DNA of 64,000 bases from Minisyncoccota bacterium (GCA_036275695.1 DASUDI010000021.1:5311-69310), one strand, 5' to 3'. Positions 17,975 through 28,420 are shown, counted from the first letter of the stretch. Translations and numbers: made by a program. The notes: generated by a model not told the origin, from the sequence alone.

Positions 17975-20362
17975 CTACTGGACAATGATATTGATAATTT
18001 TGTTAGGGACAAAAACTACGCGCCTCACCTCACCGGTAAGGCGAGAATTTAAAAGCGAATCTTGCGTTACTGTGGCAAAAACAACCTCTTCTGGTGCGTC
18101 AGTATCTACCTCAACAGTTCCACGCATTTTACCGTTGATTTGGACACCGATAGTGGTCCTTTTTGTGATGATTTTTGTAACGTCTGCAACTGGTAGTAAT
18201 TCGTTATGAATTGATGTTATATTTCCTTCATTGCTCCACAGTTCCTCTGCTAGGTGAGGGGCAAATGGCGCGAGCATGCGAAGGAATGTTTGATATGAAT
18301 CATGACTTAATCCATGTTGTTCCGCGTGATTTACAAAAATCATAAGTGCACTGATTGCGGTATTAAATTTATAAAGCATGATGTCACTCGTTACCTTCTG
18401 AATTGTTTTTTGAAGCAACTGCGTTGTTTCAGTGTTCTCCTGAGTACTTATTTTGTGTTCATGTAATCCGTTTACACGCTCAAGAAAGCGTCTGATGCCC
18501 GCTATACCACCCACATCCCACGGATAACTTCCTGGCTCCCCGTAGGGACCCATGAACGCAAGAAACATTTTGACCGTATCCGCACCAAGGAGAGTAACCT
18601 GCGCGTCGGGATCGATAACATTTCCTTTTGATTTACTCATTTTATTACCATCAGGACCTAACACAAGACCACGGTTCACGCGCTTGCGGTACGGCTCCGT
18701 TTCAGCAACTAATCCAAGTGAGTAAAGTGCCTTATGCCAAAATCGTGAATACAAAAGGTGCATGGTGGTATGCTCAGATCCACCAAAGTAGACATCAATC
18801 GGTAGCCACGCATCCTGATTTTCTTGTGTGCAGAACGTTTCATTGTTATGGGTGTCAAGATAGCGCAGGTAGTACCACGAAGAATCAACAAAAGTATCCA
18901 TAGTTTCAACCTCAGGCGTCCATCCCTCGCCGAATATGCGTTCAGTGCGTTCCTTTAATTCTGAACTTTTCGCAAGTGGTGGTTCGCCTGTGGGGGTGAA
19001 ATCAACATCAGTGGGCAAATGCCATGGAAGATGCTCGCGAGGAATCGAGTGAGGTACTCCCTCGGGGCTATATACAATGGGTATCGGCACACCCCAATAC
19101 CGTTGGCGACCAATTGACCAGTCGCGAAGACGATAGGTGTTTGTAAGTCTTCCTCCCACGTGCTCAGCTATTGCTTTTTTTGCTTGCTCTGAATGCATGC
19201 CGTCATAGGGGCCTGAATTTTTGAGCACGCCCACACGAGTTGTGGGTAATTCGTCAATAGTTTCAGAGTCAATTACTGAAATGATGTTAATGTTATATTT
19301 TTTAGCAAAAGCGAAATCACGTTCATCGTGCGCAGGGACTGCCATGATGGCACCGGTGCCATATGCTTTAAGTACGTAGTCTGCGATGTATACGGGTATC
19401 GACTCTCCATTTGCGGGGTTTACTGCGGTTATTCCAATGAGACACACTCCTGTCTTTTCTTTTTCATTTTTGGTTCGAGTAACATCATCCTTTGTGGCAG
19501 TCGCGCGTATATACGCATCGACCGCATCCCAGTTTTTAATGCTTGCTTTATGCTTCTGTACAAGGTCATGTTCGGGTGCGAGAACGAGATACGTTGTACC
19601 GTAGAGTGTGTCGGGACGAGTGGTAAATACGGTTACACTGTCTCCTGTAGAAAGTGGAAAATCTATTTCCGCGCCTCTGCTTCTCCCAATCCACTGACGC
19701 TGTGCTTCCTTGATATATTCAGGCCATTCGGTGAGTGTGTCGAGATCATCAATGAGCGCATCAGCAAATTGCGTAATGCGAAGCATCCATTGAGGCATCT
19801 CCTTTCGAATAATTTCATCACCTGAACGTTCACATAACCCATTATGGACTTGTTCGTTGGCAATAACGGTATTGCATCCAGGACACCAATTTACCATTGC
19901 CGTACCCCGATACGCAATGTCATTTTCAAAAAATTGCGTAAACATCCACTGTGTCCATTTATAATACTCTGGATCAGTTGATTGTGTGGTTTTATCCCAT
20001 GAAAATGAGTTACCCATGCTCTCCAACTGTTTAGTCATGTAGGTGATGTTTTCAGTAGTCCATATATCAGGATTCTTACCATGTTTTATCGCTGCGTTTT
20101 CCGCAGGAAGTCCAAACGCGTCAAAGCCAATGGGAAAAAGAACTTGTTTCCCCTTCATGCGTGCAGCGCGCGCATAAATATCTACCACCGCAAACGCATG
20201 CCAGTGACCTATATGAAGATTTCCAGATGGGTATGGCCACTCGACAAGTATATATTCTTTCTCCCTTTTTTTGTCGCGAGTACCAACGTCATAGATTCTT
20301 TGCTCCTTCCATTGTTTCTGCCATTTCTGTTCAATGGAAATGTGGTCGAACTTCTTGTGCAT
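17975..20362 (-). CDS. leuS: Leucine--tRNA ligase
   Basis: PYPSGNLHIGH, FTTRPDT, AVPAHDERD, RLRDW and KMSKS motifs. Confidence 0.96.
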   Translation of the reverse strand: MHKKFDHISIEQKWQKQWKEQRIYDVGTRDKKREKEYILVEWPYPSGNLHIGHWHAFAVVDIYARAARMKGKQVLFPIGFDAFGLPAENAAIKHGKNPDIWTTENITYMTKQLESMGNSFSWDKTTQSTDPEYYKWTQWMFTQFFENDIAYRGTAMVNWCPGCNTVIANEQVHNGLCERSGDEIIRKEMPQWMLRITQFADALIDDLDTLTEWPEYIKEAQRQWIGRSRGAEIDFPLSTGDSVTVFTTRPDTLYGTTYLVLAPEHDLVQKHKASIKNWDAVDAYIRATATKDDVTRTKNEKEKTGVCLIGITAVNPANGESIPVYIADYVLKAYGTGAIMAVPAHDERDFAFAKKYNINIISVIDSETIDELPTTRVGVLKNSGPYDGMHSEQAKKAIAEHVGGRLTNTYRLRDWSIGRQRYWGVPIPIVYSPEGVPHSIPREHLPWHLPTDVDFTPTGEPPLAKSSELKERTERIFGEGWTPEVETMDTFVDSSWYYLRYLDTHNNETFCTQENQDAWLPIDVYFGGSEHTTMHLLYSRFWHKALYSLGLVAETEPYRKRVNRGLVLGPDGNKMSKSKGNVIDPDAQVTLLGADTVKMFLAFMGPYGEPGSYPWDVGGIAGIRRFLERVNGLHEHKISTQENTETTQLLQKTIQKVTSDIMLYKFNTAISALMIFVNHAEQHGLSHDSYQTFLRMLAPFAPHLAEELWSNEGNITSIHNELLPVADVTKIITKRTTIGVQINGKMRGTVEVDTDAPEEVVFATVTQDSLLNSRLTGEVRRVVFVPNKIINIIVQ

Positions 20363-20416
20363 ACTAAATAACGCTTAAAATAAAGATAATTTTGTAAAAT
20401 ACTACACTGTAATGAC

Positions 20417-21322
20417 TTATTTTAGAATAGAAGTATCGGTAATTACGCGAGTGTAGCACCAGTCACCACTGCCGTGTTCCCAGGTAATTGGCCTGCTCAG
20501 CGAATCAAGTGGCGTTGAATAGTTTATGTATTCTTCACCAAGTTTTGATGATGTGTAGAATTGAGCGCAAAGTTTATAGGTACTTTCATCTACTACGTCA
20601 TATGTATATGGTGTACGTGTCTTCGGTGCGTGCGGTACTTCGATACCCACAAAAGTCGCTTCTAGATTAGTGGGAAGTGTTTTGTTTGTGTAGTAGTAGA
20701 CTTCTATCTGTGATTGTATAATTATGAGATCTTGCACTTGTTTATCATCGAGCCGCATCTCACGAACTTCCGCAGGTCCTTCCATATTTGTATAGCCGAA
20801 AATAATAGATGCGATAACAAATATCGATGCCATGATGCCATATTTTTGTGAATCACGTTCATGTGTCTGCCAGTATCCGCGCACATCAAAAATGTAGTAG
20901 GTAAATGCACTCCCCACAACCGCGAGAAATACACACGCTTTAAGGATAAAGCGCACAGTGAGTTCACCATTGAGAAAAGTGTTTATAATCATAACAAGAT
21001 CACCAAGCAATACCCCGCCACCAATAAGCAACGATAAGTACATGAGCCAGCGAGTGAGTGAAAGATATGAGCCATCATGTACTCGTCGTGCACGATTTAC
21101 AAGTTTCGTAAGTGAAACATACGTTGGGAAGAAAACTATGAGCATCGCAATAGCAACACGTATATTTGACGCTGCGCTCTCATACTCCCAATAAGCATTT
21201 ACCTCATCTGGGTAGATAATGGTTATAGTGCCCAAAAAGAGCATAATGAGCGCAGTGAGCGACACGTAAAGCGAGATGAGAGCGCCTAACTGGATCGCGA
21301 AGTTCTTTGCATTGTGTTCCAT
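20417..21322 (-). CDS. DUF5671-like multi-TM protein with pilin-like C-terminal domain
   Basis: Five TMs, FLNGELTVRFILK motif, C-terminal YKLCAQF..WEHGSGDWCY; start MEHNAK. Confidence 0.65.
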   Translation of the reverse strand: MEHNAKNFAIQLGALISLYVSLTALIMLFLGTITIIYPDEVNAYWEYESAASNIRVAIAMLIVFFPTYVSLTKLVNRARRVHDGSYLSLTRWLMYLSLLIGGGVLLGDLVMIINTFLNGELTVRFILKACVFLAVVGSAFTYYIFDVRGYWQTHERDSQKYGIMASIFVIASIIFGYTNMEGPAEVREMRLDDKQVQDLIIIQSQIEVYYYTNKTLPTNLEATFVGIEVPHAPKTRTPYTYDVVDESTYKLCAQFYTSSKLGEEYINYSTPLDSLSRPITWEHGSGDWCYTRVITDTSILK

Positions 21323-21423
21323 GTATTGTATTGTGCATCCGATACTCATTTTTGTAAACAGACCACTGATGTGTGGCGAGTGTGGTATGATTACGAAAAT
21401 CATTATTTAATAAATGCATATTC

Positions 21424-21693
21424 ATGAAATCAGATGACCTACAAAAAGCACCAAAGATGTTTTGTGAGAATATTAAGATAGGTTTTACGCCAGAATATTT
21501 TGTACTTGGGCTTAGTTCGGGATCACAAGCAACCATCTATTCACTCACACCTCAACACGCCAAGCGACTCCAACAGTATCTTGCGCACGAGATAGAACAA
21601 TATGAGAAATCACATGATGTCATTAGTGCTGAATGGAACCCGAATATTGTGAGCCCAGTGCAACACATCAAGCCCCCAGGAGATTTAAGTTAG
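21424..21693 (+). CDS. DUF3467-like small protein
   Basis: FTPEYFVL..TPQHAKRL..IEQYE pattern. Confidence 0.65.
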   Translation: MKSDDLQKAPKMFCENIKIGFTPEYFVLGLSSGSQATIYSLTPQHAKRLQQYLAHEIEQYEKSHDVISAEWNPNIVSPVQHIKPPGDLS

Positions 21694-21697
21694 CTGT

Positions 21698-21729
21698 ATC
21701 AAAACCCCACGTATGCGTGGAGTTTTGAT
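21698..21729. terminator. Bidirectional terminator between convergent genes
   Basis: ATCAAAACCCCACG-tatg-CGTGGAGTTTTGAT, inverted repeat with one mismatch. Confidence 0.7.
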
Positions 21730-22274
21730 TAAGTGGTGGGATGTGTATTAGTTCTTGTTTTCAAAATGTAGGTATACCACACAACGAGAAATGCAAATAG
21801 AATCGCTGCCAAAAGTGGAAAGGTAACAAAACCAAACTCAAACATAAATCGCTTCGCACAATCTCCTCCCGAGCTTGGGCAAGCTATGAATGAAGACCCA
21901 CCCATTTGTATGTAGTGATGATACAGTGATATGACAAGCCCAATCCATGAGAGTACAATTCCATGACGAGGCATGAAGCGCTCCTTAAAATATAGGGCGG
22001 TGAGTACGAGTGGCACTTGTGTCCACAACATCATTCGCTCAAGCCAACAAAATCCGCACGGGACAAGACCAAATACCTCAGAATAGAGGAGCGTAAGAAG
22101 TGTAGCGAAAAACGTAAGAAAAAGTGCCCCATGCATACCTACCTTTTCAATAATCTCGCGAAAATTTTGCTTAGTACGCAAATCAATGAAGAGGAGCACT
22201 CCAAATACCCCTAGTATAAGTGACGTAGTCGCAAGCAGAATGTTTGTCTGCTGGATGAGTTCGATGGTCACCAT
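21729..22274 (-). CDS. dsbB: Disulfide bond formation protein B (DsbB/BdbC type)
   Basis: PCGFCWLER, second Cys pair C..GGDC, FGFVTFP; multiple TMs. Confidence 0.85.
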   Translation of the reverse strand: MVTIELIQQTNILLATTSLILGVFGVLLFIDLRTKQNFREIIEKVGMHGALFLTFFATLLTLLYSEVFGLVPCGFCWLERMMLWTQVPLVLTALYFKERFMPRHGIVLSWIGLVISLYHHYIQMGGSSFIACPSSGGDCAKRFMFEFGFVTFPLLAAILFAFLVVWYTYILKTRTNTHPTT

Positions 22275-22280
22275 ACTGGT

Positions 22281-22685
22281 TTAAGATTGTGGAGGTGTGG
22301 GTATCACGCACCCCGTCTTTTCAGCAAGTTTTTCAAATGTTAATTCCCCATTCTCTCGTGAACCATCAGCAAAAACCCACGTAGGGTACCCCGTAATTTC
22401 CTTATCAATGCAAATTGGTAATTGACCTTTGCCATCTGGCGTTGAACACTCTACGTAGGGTAATTTCTTTGAATTATTAAAAAGTTTCTTTTGCGCCTGG
22501 CAGTGTGGACACCAATATGCTCCGTAGAATGTGGCACCACTATCTCCAATGCACTGCGCGAATGTGTCGTATGGAGTCACTGAATTTGTCGCGGTATCGG
22601 ACTCTTTATTTGAAAGTGTTTTAATGCCAATCACTCCGCCCACTATAAGAATGGCCACGATAATGTATATGTGTGTTGTTTTCAT
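22281..22685 (-). CDS. Membrane-anchored thioredoxin-like protein (CPHC)
   Basis: TM, FYGAYWCPHCQAQK, YVEC and GYPTW; likely DsbA-role partner of the adjacent DsbB. Confidence 0.85.
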   Translation of the reverse strand: MKTTHIYIIVAILIVGGVIGIKTLSNKESDTATNSVTPYDTFAQCIGDSGATFYGAYWCPHCQAQKKLFNNSKKLPYVECSTPDGKGQLPICIDKEITGYPTWVFADGSRENGELTFEKLAEKTGCVIPTPPQS

Positions 22686-22730
22686 ATGCGTAAGTATATC
22701 ATACACAATGAATATACAAGTAACACATCA

Positions 22731-24530
22731 CTACCCTCTCCGAGTGCGTGAACGCTCTCCCTCTTTCAAAACCTGTTTACGAAGTCGTACTGACTGTGGC
22801 GTTACTTCAAGATAATCATCGTCACTCATAATTTCAAGTCCGATTTCAATACTTAATGGTCGGTGAGGGGTGAGCATAATGGCGTCATCCGAACCCGATG
22901 CACGAACGTTTGTGAGCTGTTTGCCCTTTGTGGGGTTTACCATCATTTCTTCACCTTTTGAAGTATTGCCAATTATCATGCCTTCGTATACCTCAGCGCC
23001 TGGTCCTACATAGAGTTCACCTCTATCTTGTAGGTTCCATAACGAAAATCCAAGTGCCTTCCCTGATGCCATTGAGACCATTGATCCCGTTTGTCGTTTC
23101 TTTATCTCACCCGCGTATGGCTTAAAGCCAATGACGGTTGAACATAAAATGCCTTCGCCGCGTGTATCAACAATAAATTGATTTTTATACCCAAGAAGTC
23201 CGCGCGTAGGTCCTTCGAGGATAATGCGCACCTGGTCTCCGTGCATAATCATATTGGTCATAATAAACCCTCGTCTACCAAGTTTTTCAATTACCGCACC
23301 TTGATACTCACTCGGTATATCGACAGTCACTTCTTCAAAAGGCTCGTACTTCCCATCTGCGCGCTCCTCAATGATGGCTTGTGGTTGTGAGACTTGCAAT
23401 TCATATCCCTCGCGACGCATGTTTTCAAGAAGAATGGATATATGCATTTCTCCACGTCCATATACTTTAAAAATATCGCCGGTACCAAAATCAACTTTGA
23501 GGCCAACGTTAATTTCTAGCTCCTTTTCAAGTCGCTCGCGTATTTGTCGTGAGGTCACGAACTTTCCTTCTCTCCCTGCGAATGGAGAATTATTGACAAG
23601 AAAATCAAGTGCGATAGTCGGTTGATCGACCGCTATCGCGGGGAGTGGAGTGGCACTCTCGGTGTCAGTGAGAGTCTCGCCAATATATATATCCTCAAAT
23701 CCAGACACGATAACAATATCACCTGCGTAGGCAACGTCAGACTCAACGCGTTCGATACCCTTAAAGGTAAAAAGTTTTGTAACCTTCCCTTTTCGAAATG
23801 AGCCACCATCATGAATGATGAATAGGTTTTGTCCGTTCTTAATTGCGCCCTCATAAATACGTGCGATAGCAAGTCTTCCAAGAAAATTATCATAGCCAAG
23901 ATTAAATACCTGCGCTCGGAGCGGAGATCCTTCTACATAACTCTGTGCGGGTGGTACTTTCTCAAGAATGGTATCAAGAAGTGGCGTGAGATCTTTTCGT
24001 TCATCACTGAGCGCGCGCATCGCGACACCATCACGACCAATAGCGTACACAACAGTAAAGTCCGCCTGCTCATCATTTGCGCCAAGTTCAAGGAAAAGTT
24101 CGAGCACCAATTCTTCAGCGTGAGCGGGGTTTGCTGCGGGTTTATCAATTTTGTTAATTACTACAATTGGTTTAAGGCCGAGTTCGAGTGATTTTTTGAG
24201 TACAAAACGCGTTTGTGGCATCGGACCTTCTTGTGCATCTACGACGAGGAGTACAGAATCTATGGAACGAAGTACACGTTCTACCTCTGAGCCAAAGTCA
24301 GCGTGTCCGGGAGTGTCAACAATATTTATCTTAGTATCTTTATAGGTAATCGAAGTATTTTTCGCGTAAATGGTGATGCCGCGTTCCTTTTCAAGCGCGT
24401 TAGAATCCATAGAGGCAGTTTCATCCGAGAGTGCGCCTGTTTGCTTCATGATTGCATCAGTGAGTGTTGTCTTTCCGTGGTCTACGTGCGCAATGATAGC
24501 GATATTTCGTGTTTCTTGTGTATGTGACAT
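22731..24530 (-). CDS. typA: Translational GTPase TypA/BipA
   Basis: [33 protein letters not shown] and [10 protein letters not shown]. Confidence 0.96.
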   Translation of the reverse strand: MSHTQETRNIAIIAHVDHGKTTLTDAIMKQTGALSDETASMDSNALEKERGITIYAKNTSITYKDTKINIVDTPGHADFGSEVERVLRSIDSVLLVVDAQEGPMPQTRFVLKKSLELGLKPIVVINKIDKPAANPAHAEELVLELFLELGANDEQADFTVVYAIGRDGVAMRALSDERKDLTPLLDTILEKVPPAQSYVEGSPLRAQVFNLGYDNFLGRLAIARIYEGAIKNGQNLFIIHDGGSFRKGKVTKLFTFKGIERVESDVAYAGDIVIVSGFEDIYIGETLTDTESATPLPAIAVDQPTIALDFLVNNSPFAGREGKFVTSRQIRERLEKELEINVGLKVDFGTGDIFKVYGRGEMHISILLENMRREGYELQVSQPQAIIEERADGKYEPFEEVTVDIPSEYQGAVIEKLGRRGFIMTNMIMHGDQVRIILEGPTRGLLGYKNQFIVDTRGEGILCSTVIGFKPYAGEIKKRQTGSMVSMASGKALGFSLWNLQDRGELYVGPGAEVYEGMIIGNTSKGEEMMVNPTKGKQLTNVRASGSDDAIMLTPHRPLSIEIGLEIMSDDDYLEVTPQSVRLRKQVLKEGERSRTRRG

Positions 24531-24568
24531 AAAATAAAAATGCCCGTTTCGGGCTGGAATATGGCTCT

Positions 24569-24597
24569 ATAATACTAATAATACGTATTTTCGTCAA
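24569..24597 (-). promoter_or_regulatory. Sigma70-type promoter of typA
   Basis: TTGACG-17 nt-TATTAT on the - strand, ~40 nt upstream of the ATG. Confidence 0.7.
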
Positions 24598-24641
24598 GTT
24601 CAAACTATCGCCTTCTGGTATTGATATGGTAAAATATACTT

Positions 24642-24962
24642 ATGAGCGAAATTCGCGGTGGGACGCATACGACCCTTACTGAAACTTCGGAAGAAGTGGT
24701 TCGCGTACTCACATTAATCCCTGGTGTTACAAAAATAGCGCCCGGAGTTATAAGTTCAGAGCGCTCGAAAGGTGGAAAGCGATATATCACTGCCTCATTT
24801 ACTAATGCTGGCATGGAGTTACTTATTGTGGGTCAGGGAGCCCAAAAAGTCGCAGTGCACTGTAACCCCGACATTGCTCCTTATATTTATGCCACACTTT
24901 CTCAACATAAAGTCCTAAAAAATTATACATTCAGGACTCGCGTACGGCGACCAGGTCTCTGA
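24642..24962 (+). CDS. DUF2103-like protein
   Basis: GGTHTTL..GVTKIAPGVI..QKVAV pattern; TGgTAAAAT 6 nt before the ATG. Confidence 0.6.
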   Translation: MSEIRGGTHTTLTETSEEVVRVLTLIPGVTKIAPGVISSERSKGGKRYITASFTNAGMELLIVGQGAQKVAVHCNPDIAPYIYATLSQHKVLKNYTFRTRVRRPGL

Positions 24963-25194
24963 TTAGTATTTCCTTCTGTTTCCTCGAAAGTTTTTTAATG
25001 CGAGCTTCTTCTTTTTGCGCCTCACTTCGCGTGAGTGCGTACGATACGTGAAACATTTTTTTGACTCCATGAGTACGTGTGTATTTTGCACTATGCTTGT
25101 CGCTCAGGTGTTCCCTAAAACGTCTTTCAAGGTTGGTGGAAATTCCCGTATAAAGCGTGTCGTCCTTGCATTTAATGATGTATACGTACCACAT
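24931..25194 (-). CDS. GIY-YIG nuclease (YhbQ/UPF0213 type)
   Basis: WYVYIIKC..LYTGISTNLERRFREH..AKYTR..EARIKKL. Confidence 0.88.
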   Translation of the reverse strand: MWYVYIIKCKDDTLYTGISTNLERRFREHLSDKHSAKYTRTHGVKKMFHVSYALTRSEAQKEEARIKKLSRKQKEILIRDLVAVRES

Positions 25195-25255
25195 GCATTG
25201 AGTATACTGCATTTATTTTTCGTACCTGCAATGTAACTGTTTACTGTAAGAGATA

Positions 25256-26356
25256 TTATCCTACCATGAACTCAATCACATCACCGTCATGTACAATATA
25301 CTCCTTGCCCTCGGTGCGTAATTTTCCTTGTTCTCGTGCTTTTGCAAATGAGCCCGCACGCACTAAGTCATCAAAAGTTACAACCTGAGCGCGAATGTAT
25401 CGCGTTTTAAAATCAGTGTGGATTGCAGCTCCCGCCTCAGGACCTGACGCTCCGATAGGAACGGTCCACGCGCGCGTTTCTTTCTCGCCTGTGGTGAAAT
25501 ATGACATGAGACCGAGTCGGTGGTAGCACGCGCGAATGAGCGTATCAATACCCGAGTCTAGCGTCGCGTATTCGCGACGAAACATAACTTTTTCCTCTTC
25601 ATCAAGATCCCTAAGCTCATGCTCCACGCCCGCATCAATAATGACATACTCAGAGTTGGTCTCATCCATGAAATTCATAAGTTCTACCCAACGCTCATCA
25701 TTAGTTTCGTCAAAATTATACGCGCCATGTTTCTTATTGAGTACATAAAGTATTTTTTTCATGGTAAGCAAATGAAGGTGCTTTATACTATTACGCTCAC
25801 TATCTTCAAATTCAAAAGAGCGCGCAAGTCTCCCTGTTTCCAAGTGCCGACCAAGGCGTGTGAGAAGTTCATATTCAGTACTCGCATCCTTGTCGCCGCG
25901 CTTTGCGTCACGCTCCACGTTGATAAGGCGTTTTGAAACCGTTTCCGCGTCCGCCATAATGAGTTCAAGATTAATTACCTCAATGTCTGACATGGGGTCT
26001 ACCGCACCCGAGACGTGTACTACATCTGAGTCCTCAAAAATGCGCACCACTTCTGCAATCATGTCTACTTCACGAATATTTGCAAGAAATTTATTACCAA
26101 GTCCTTCTCCTGCGGATGCACCCTTCACAAGTCCCGCAATATCAACAAATTCAACAATTGCGGGTATGACTTTCTCTGACCCTGAAAGATTTGAAAGTGT
26201 CGCGAGGCGAGGGTCGGGTACCGCAACGATACCGACAGAGGGGTCGATAGTACAAAACGGATAGTTTTCCGCAGGTACTGAGTTTTTAGTAAGCGCATTA
26301 AATAAAGTGCTCTTCCCCACATTTGGGAGACCGACAATTCCGACTGATAGTGACAT
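25256..26356 (-). CDS. ychF: Ribosome-binding ATPase YchF
   Basis: GIVGLPNVGKST, NYPFCTIDP, DIAGLVKGAS and EGKEYIVHDGD. Confidence 0.96.
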   Translation of the reverse strand: MSLSVGIVGLPNVGKSTLFNALTKNSVPAENYPFCTIDPSVGIVAVPDPRLATLSNLSGSEKVIPAIVEFVDIAGLVKGASAGEGLGNKFLANIREVDMIAEVVRIFEDSDVVHVSGAVDPMSDIEVINLELIMADAETVSKRLINVERDAKRGDKDASTEYELLTRLGRHLETGRLARSFEFEDSERNSIKHLHLLTMKKILYVLNKKHGAYNFDETNDERWVELMNFMDETNSEYVIIDAGVEHELRDLDEEEKVMFRREYATLDSGIDTLIRACYHRLGLMSYFTTGEKETRAWTVPIGASGPEAGAAIHTDFKTRYIRAQVVTFDDLVRAGSFAKAREQGKLRTEGKEYIVHDGDVIEFMVG

Positions 26357-26522
26357 GGTGCTAGACTACCAGAATTTCAAATAAAAATACAGTGTTTAAA
26401 ATAATTCAAAAGTGTGCTCTTTTTTAATCAACCTAAATACAGTGGACTTCAATACAATCGTGTGATAATTTTTTATAAATTTGTACATTCAGTTTGTTCT
26501 TTATAACTAAGTGAGGTATGAC

Positions 26523-27008
26523 ATGGGGTACGCTCCTACACTCGGTGGCCTTTATAAATTACAGGAATTTCTCACCCAACATGGTCACGAAATGCCCATT
26601 TTTTTTATGGACATTGATAACGCCACCGCGGGATATGAATGGTCACTTTCTAGTCAGCGTCAAGGTAGAAAAATTACAATTGAACGCGCAATCAAGAAGT
26701 ACGGTAAAACATCAGCTGTAATGAATGTTAAACTCAGCAGTGAATGCGAGAGGCGTTCCATAATTTTTTCCTCACCCACACATCTATCACTCAACAACCA
26801 CTGCGAACGCGACGTAATTTCACCACGTATGCCATCAGTAGTACTTAGCTATGTGGCACGAGAAAATGAATTTCTCCACTTTGTAAGTGGAAAAGATATT
26901 CACTCAAAAATCATTAATCTCTCGCGATGGGGAAAAGAAGACGTCACGCGAGGCGACCGAATACTCTTTAGTTTGTTTCCGTGGTACTACGCAAAAAAGT
27001 CATTTTAA
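26523..27008 (+). CDS. Hypothetical protein (no recognisable motif)
   Basis: ~160-aa ORF filling an intergenic gap; GAGGT 5 nt before ATG 26523; terminator downstream. Confidence 0.6.
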   Translation: MGYAPTLGGLYKLQEFLTQHGHEMPIFFMDIDNATAGYEWSLSSQRQGRKITIERAIKKYGKTSAVMNVKLSSECERRSIIFSSPTHLSLNNHCERDVISPRMPSVVLSYVARENEFLHFVSGKDIHSKIINLSRWGKEDVTRGDRILFSLFPWYYAKKSF

Positions 27009-27020
27009 ACGCATAACTAC

Positions 27021-27049
27021 AAGTCCCCCGACAAAATGCCGGGGGACTT
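27021..27049. terminator. Terminator hairpin between convergent genes
   Basis: AAGTCCCCCG-9 nt-CGGGGGACTT followed by an A/T-rich tract. Confidence 0.75.
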
Positions 27050-27069
27050 AATTTTTAAAATAAATATCG

Positions 27070-27645
27070 CTACATTCCCTTTGTACCTAAGTGATGGACT
27101 TTAACAATCCAGCGATTAAGTATTTTTTCCTCAACACGTTCGGATGGACCGAAAACACTTACATGTGTTTTTATTCCTGCAAAGCCAAGAATGCCATGTG
27201 TAATTTCGTTAGTGAAGTCACCAAATTTCCACCATGTTTTAAATGGTGAGTGCGTTCCAGCGACAACAATTACTCGCGCTGTTTTGCCCTTGAGTCTTTG
27301 AACAAGTTTTTTAGTTTGTTTGTCAAAATTGAATGCGAATCCAGGTAACCACATGCGGTCAAAAAGACCCTTTAAAACTGCGGGCATAGTGCACCACCAG
27401 TTTGGATAGATAAAGACGACATGATCAGCCTGAATAATTTCCTCTTGAAGATGTATGAGGTCTGGTTCGAGTGCTTGTATTTCTCGATATCCCGCGTGAA
27501 GAATTGGATCAAATTTAAGATCACTTATGTTTACTCGTTCAACATCAAAACCGGCGTCTTTCGCGCCACTCACATACGCATCTGCGAGCTTACCCGTAAA
27601 AGAATCGGTGTGAGGATTCCCCAGAAAAACTAGAATTTTTTTCAT
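27070..27645 (-). CDS. NAD(P)H-dependent oxidoreductase, flavodoxin-2 (MdaB/KefF) family
   Basis: LGNP..SF, FDPILH and YPNWWCTMPAVLKGLFDR..PGFAF. Confidence 0.88.
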   Translation of the reverse strand: MKKILVFLGNPHTDSFTGKLADAYVSGAKDAGFDVERVNISDLKFDPILHAGYREIQALEPDLIHLQEEIIQADHVVFIYPNWWCTMPAVLKGLFDRMWLPGFAFNFDKQTKKLVQRLKGKTARVIVVAGTHSPFKTWWKFGDFTNEITHGILGFAGIKTHVSVFGPSERVEEKILNRWIVKVHHLGTKGM

Positions 27646-27712
27646 AACAATTTACAACATCTTATCATACGTAAGAAACGTAAAAGATGTATTCGTGTGT
27701 ATTGTGGATATA

Positions 27713-28012
27713 TTATCTATGTATCGTGCCATTAGGGTTGAATTGTGTAGCGCTTCGATTTTGCGTTTGTGGCATTTTATCACCCATGAGTGCTTGCAAT
27801 TCTGCTTGATACTTTGGTAACACCTTCATAGCTGCTGCCATTTGATCTTTTCCACCTTTCATTTCTGCCTGAATTTCAAGAGCGATTTTTTCAAATAATT
27901 TTGGATCTTTTTCTACCATAGTCATGATGAGTTCTTGTTGATCCTTTGGCACATCCTTGAGTTGTTTCTCAAGAAGTTTACGCATCATGAAATTTTTTGC
28001 TTTACCTAACAT
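27713..28012 (-). CDS. Small Met-rich helical hypothetical protein
   Basis: 99 aa with 10 Met; TGaTATAAT 8 nt before the ATG. Confidence 0.75.
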   Translation of the reverse strand: MLGKAKNFMMRKLLEKQLKDVPKDQQELIMTMVEKDPKLFEKIALEIQAEMKGGKDQMAAAMKVLPKYQAELQALMGDKMPQTQNRSATQFNPNGTIHR

Positions 28013-28157
28013 AGATGTAAATTATATCAGAAAGTACGCGGTACACAAAGTACTCGTTATTATGTTTTTGTAGTTATTACGCTCTATCCTGCTTGTGTAT
28101 TTTACAGGTACTTAAAACGTGATATATTTTGTTGGGTTTATTTTAATGGAGGTTCTA

Positions 28158-28379
28158 ATGACTGCGGGGAGTTCCTTGAATTTTAAGCAACGCAAAACCG
28201 TGTGCGACTGCGGTCGTCCACTACGACTTACGAACACTGATGGTGTGTGTGGGGCGTGTGCGTTAAAGAATGGTGCCATTGTGGGCGTACTTGGGCAAGA
28301 TTCGCCTGAAACTCGCTCCTATGGGAAGCCACACTCTGCACGAGCGTGGTATAGCGCAAGGCAAGAGCGAAGTTTGTGA
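28158..28379 (+). CDS. Small putative zinc-ribbon protein
   Basis: CDC..CGAC; GGAGGT at 28148-28153 before ATG 28158; terminator follows. Confidence 0.55.
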   Translation: MTAGSSLNFKQRKTVCDCGRPLRLTNTDGVCGACALKNGAIVGVLGQDSPETRSYGKPHSARAWYSARQERSL

Positions 28380-28380
28380 T

Positions 28381-28420
28381 AAAAACACCCCCTTACACAA
28401 GGTGACAAGGGGGTGTTTTT
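28381..28420. terminator. Bidirectional terminator ending the atp operon and the convergent small gene
   Basis: AAAAACACCCCCTT...AAGGGGGTGTTTTT, 14-bp inverted repeat with A and T tails. Confidence 0.8.

Noticed and set aside
24931-25194. Homing endonuclease or mobile intron
   Set aside because: A short stand-alone YhbQ-type GIY-YIG protein with no DNA-binding extension and no interrupted host gene
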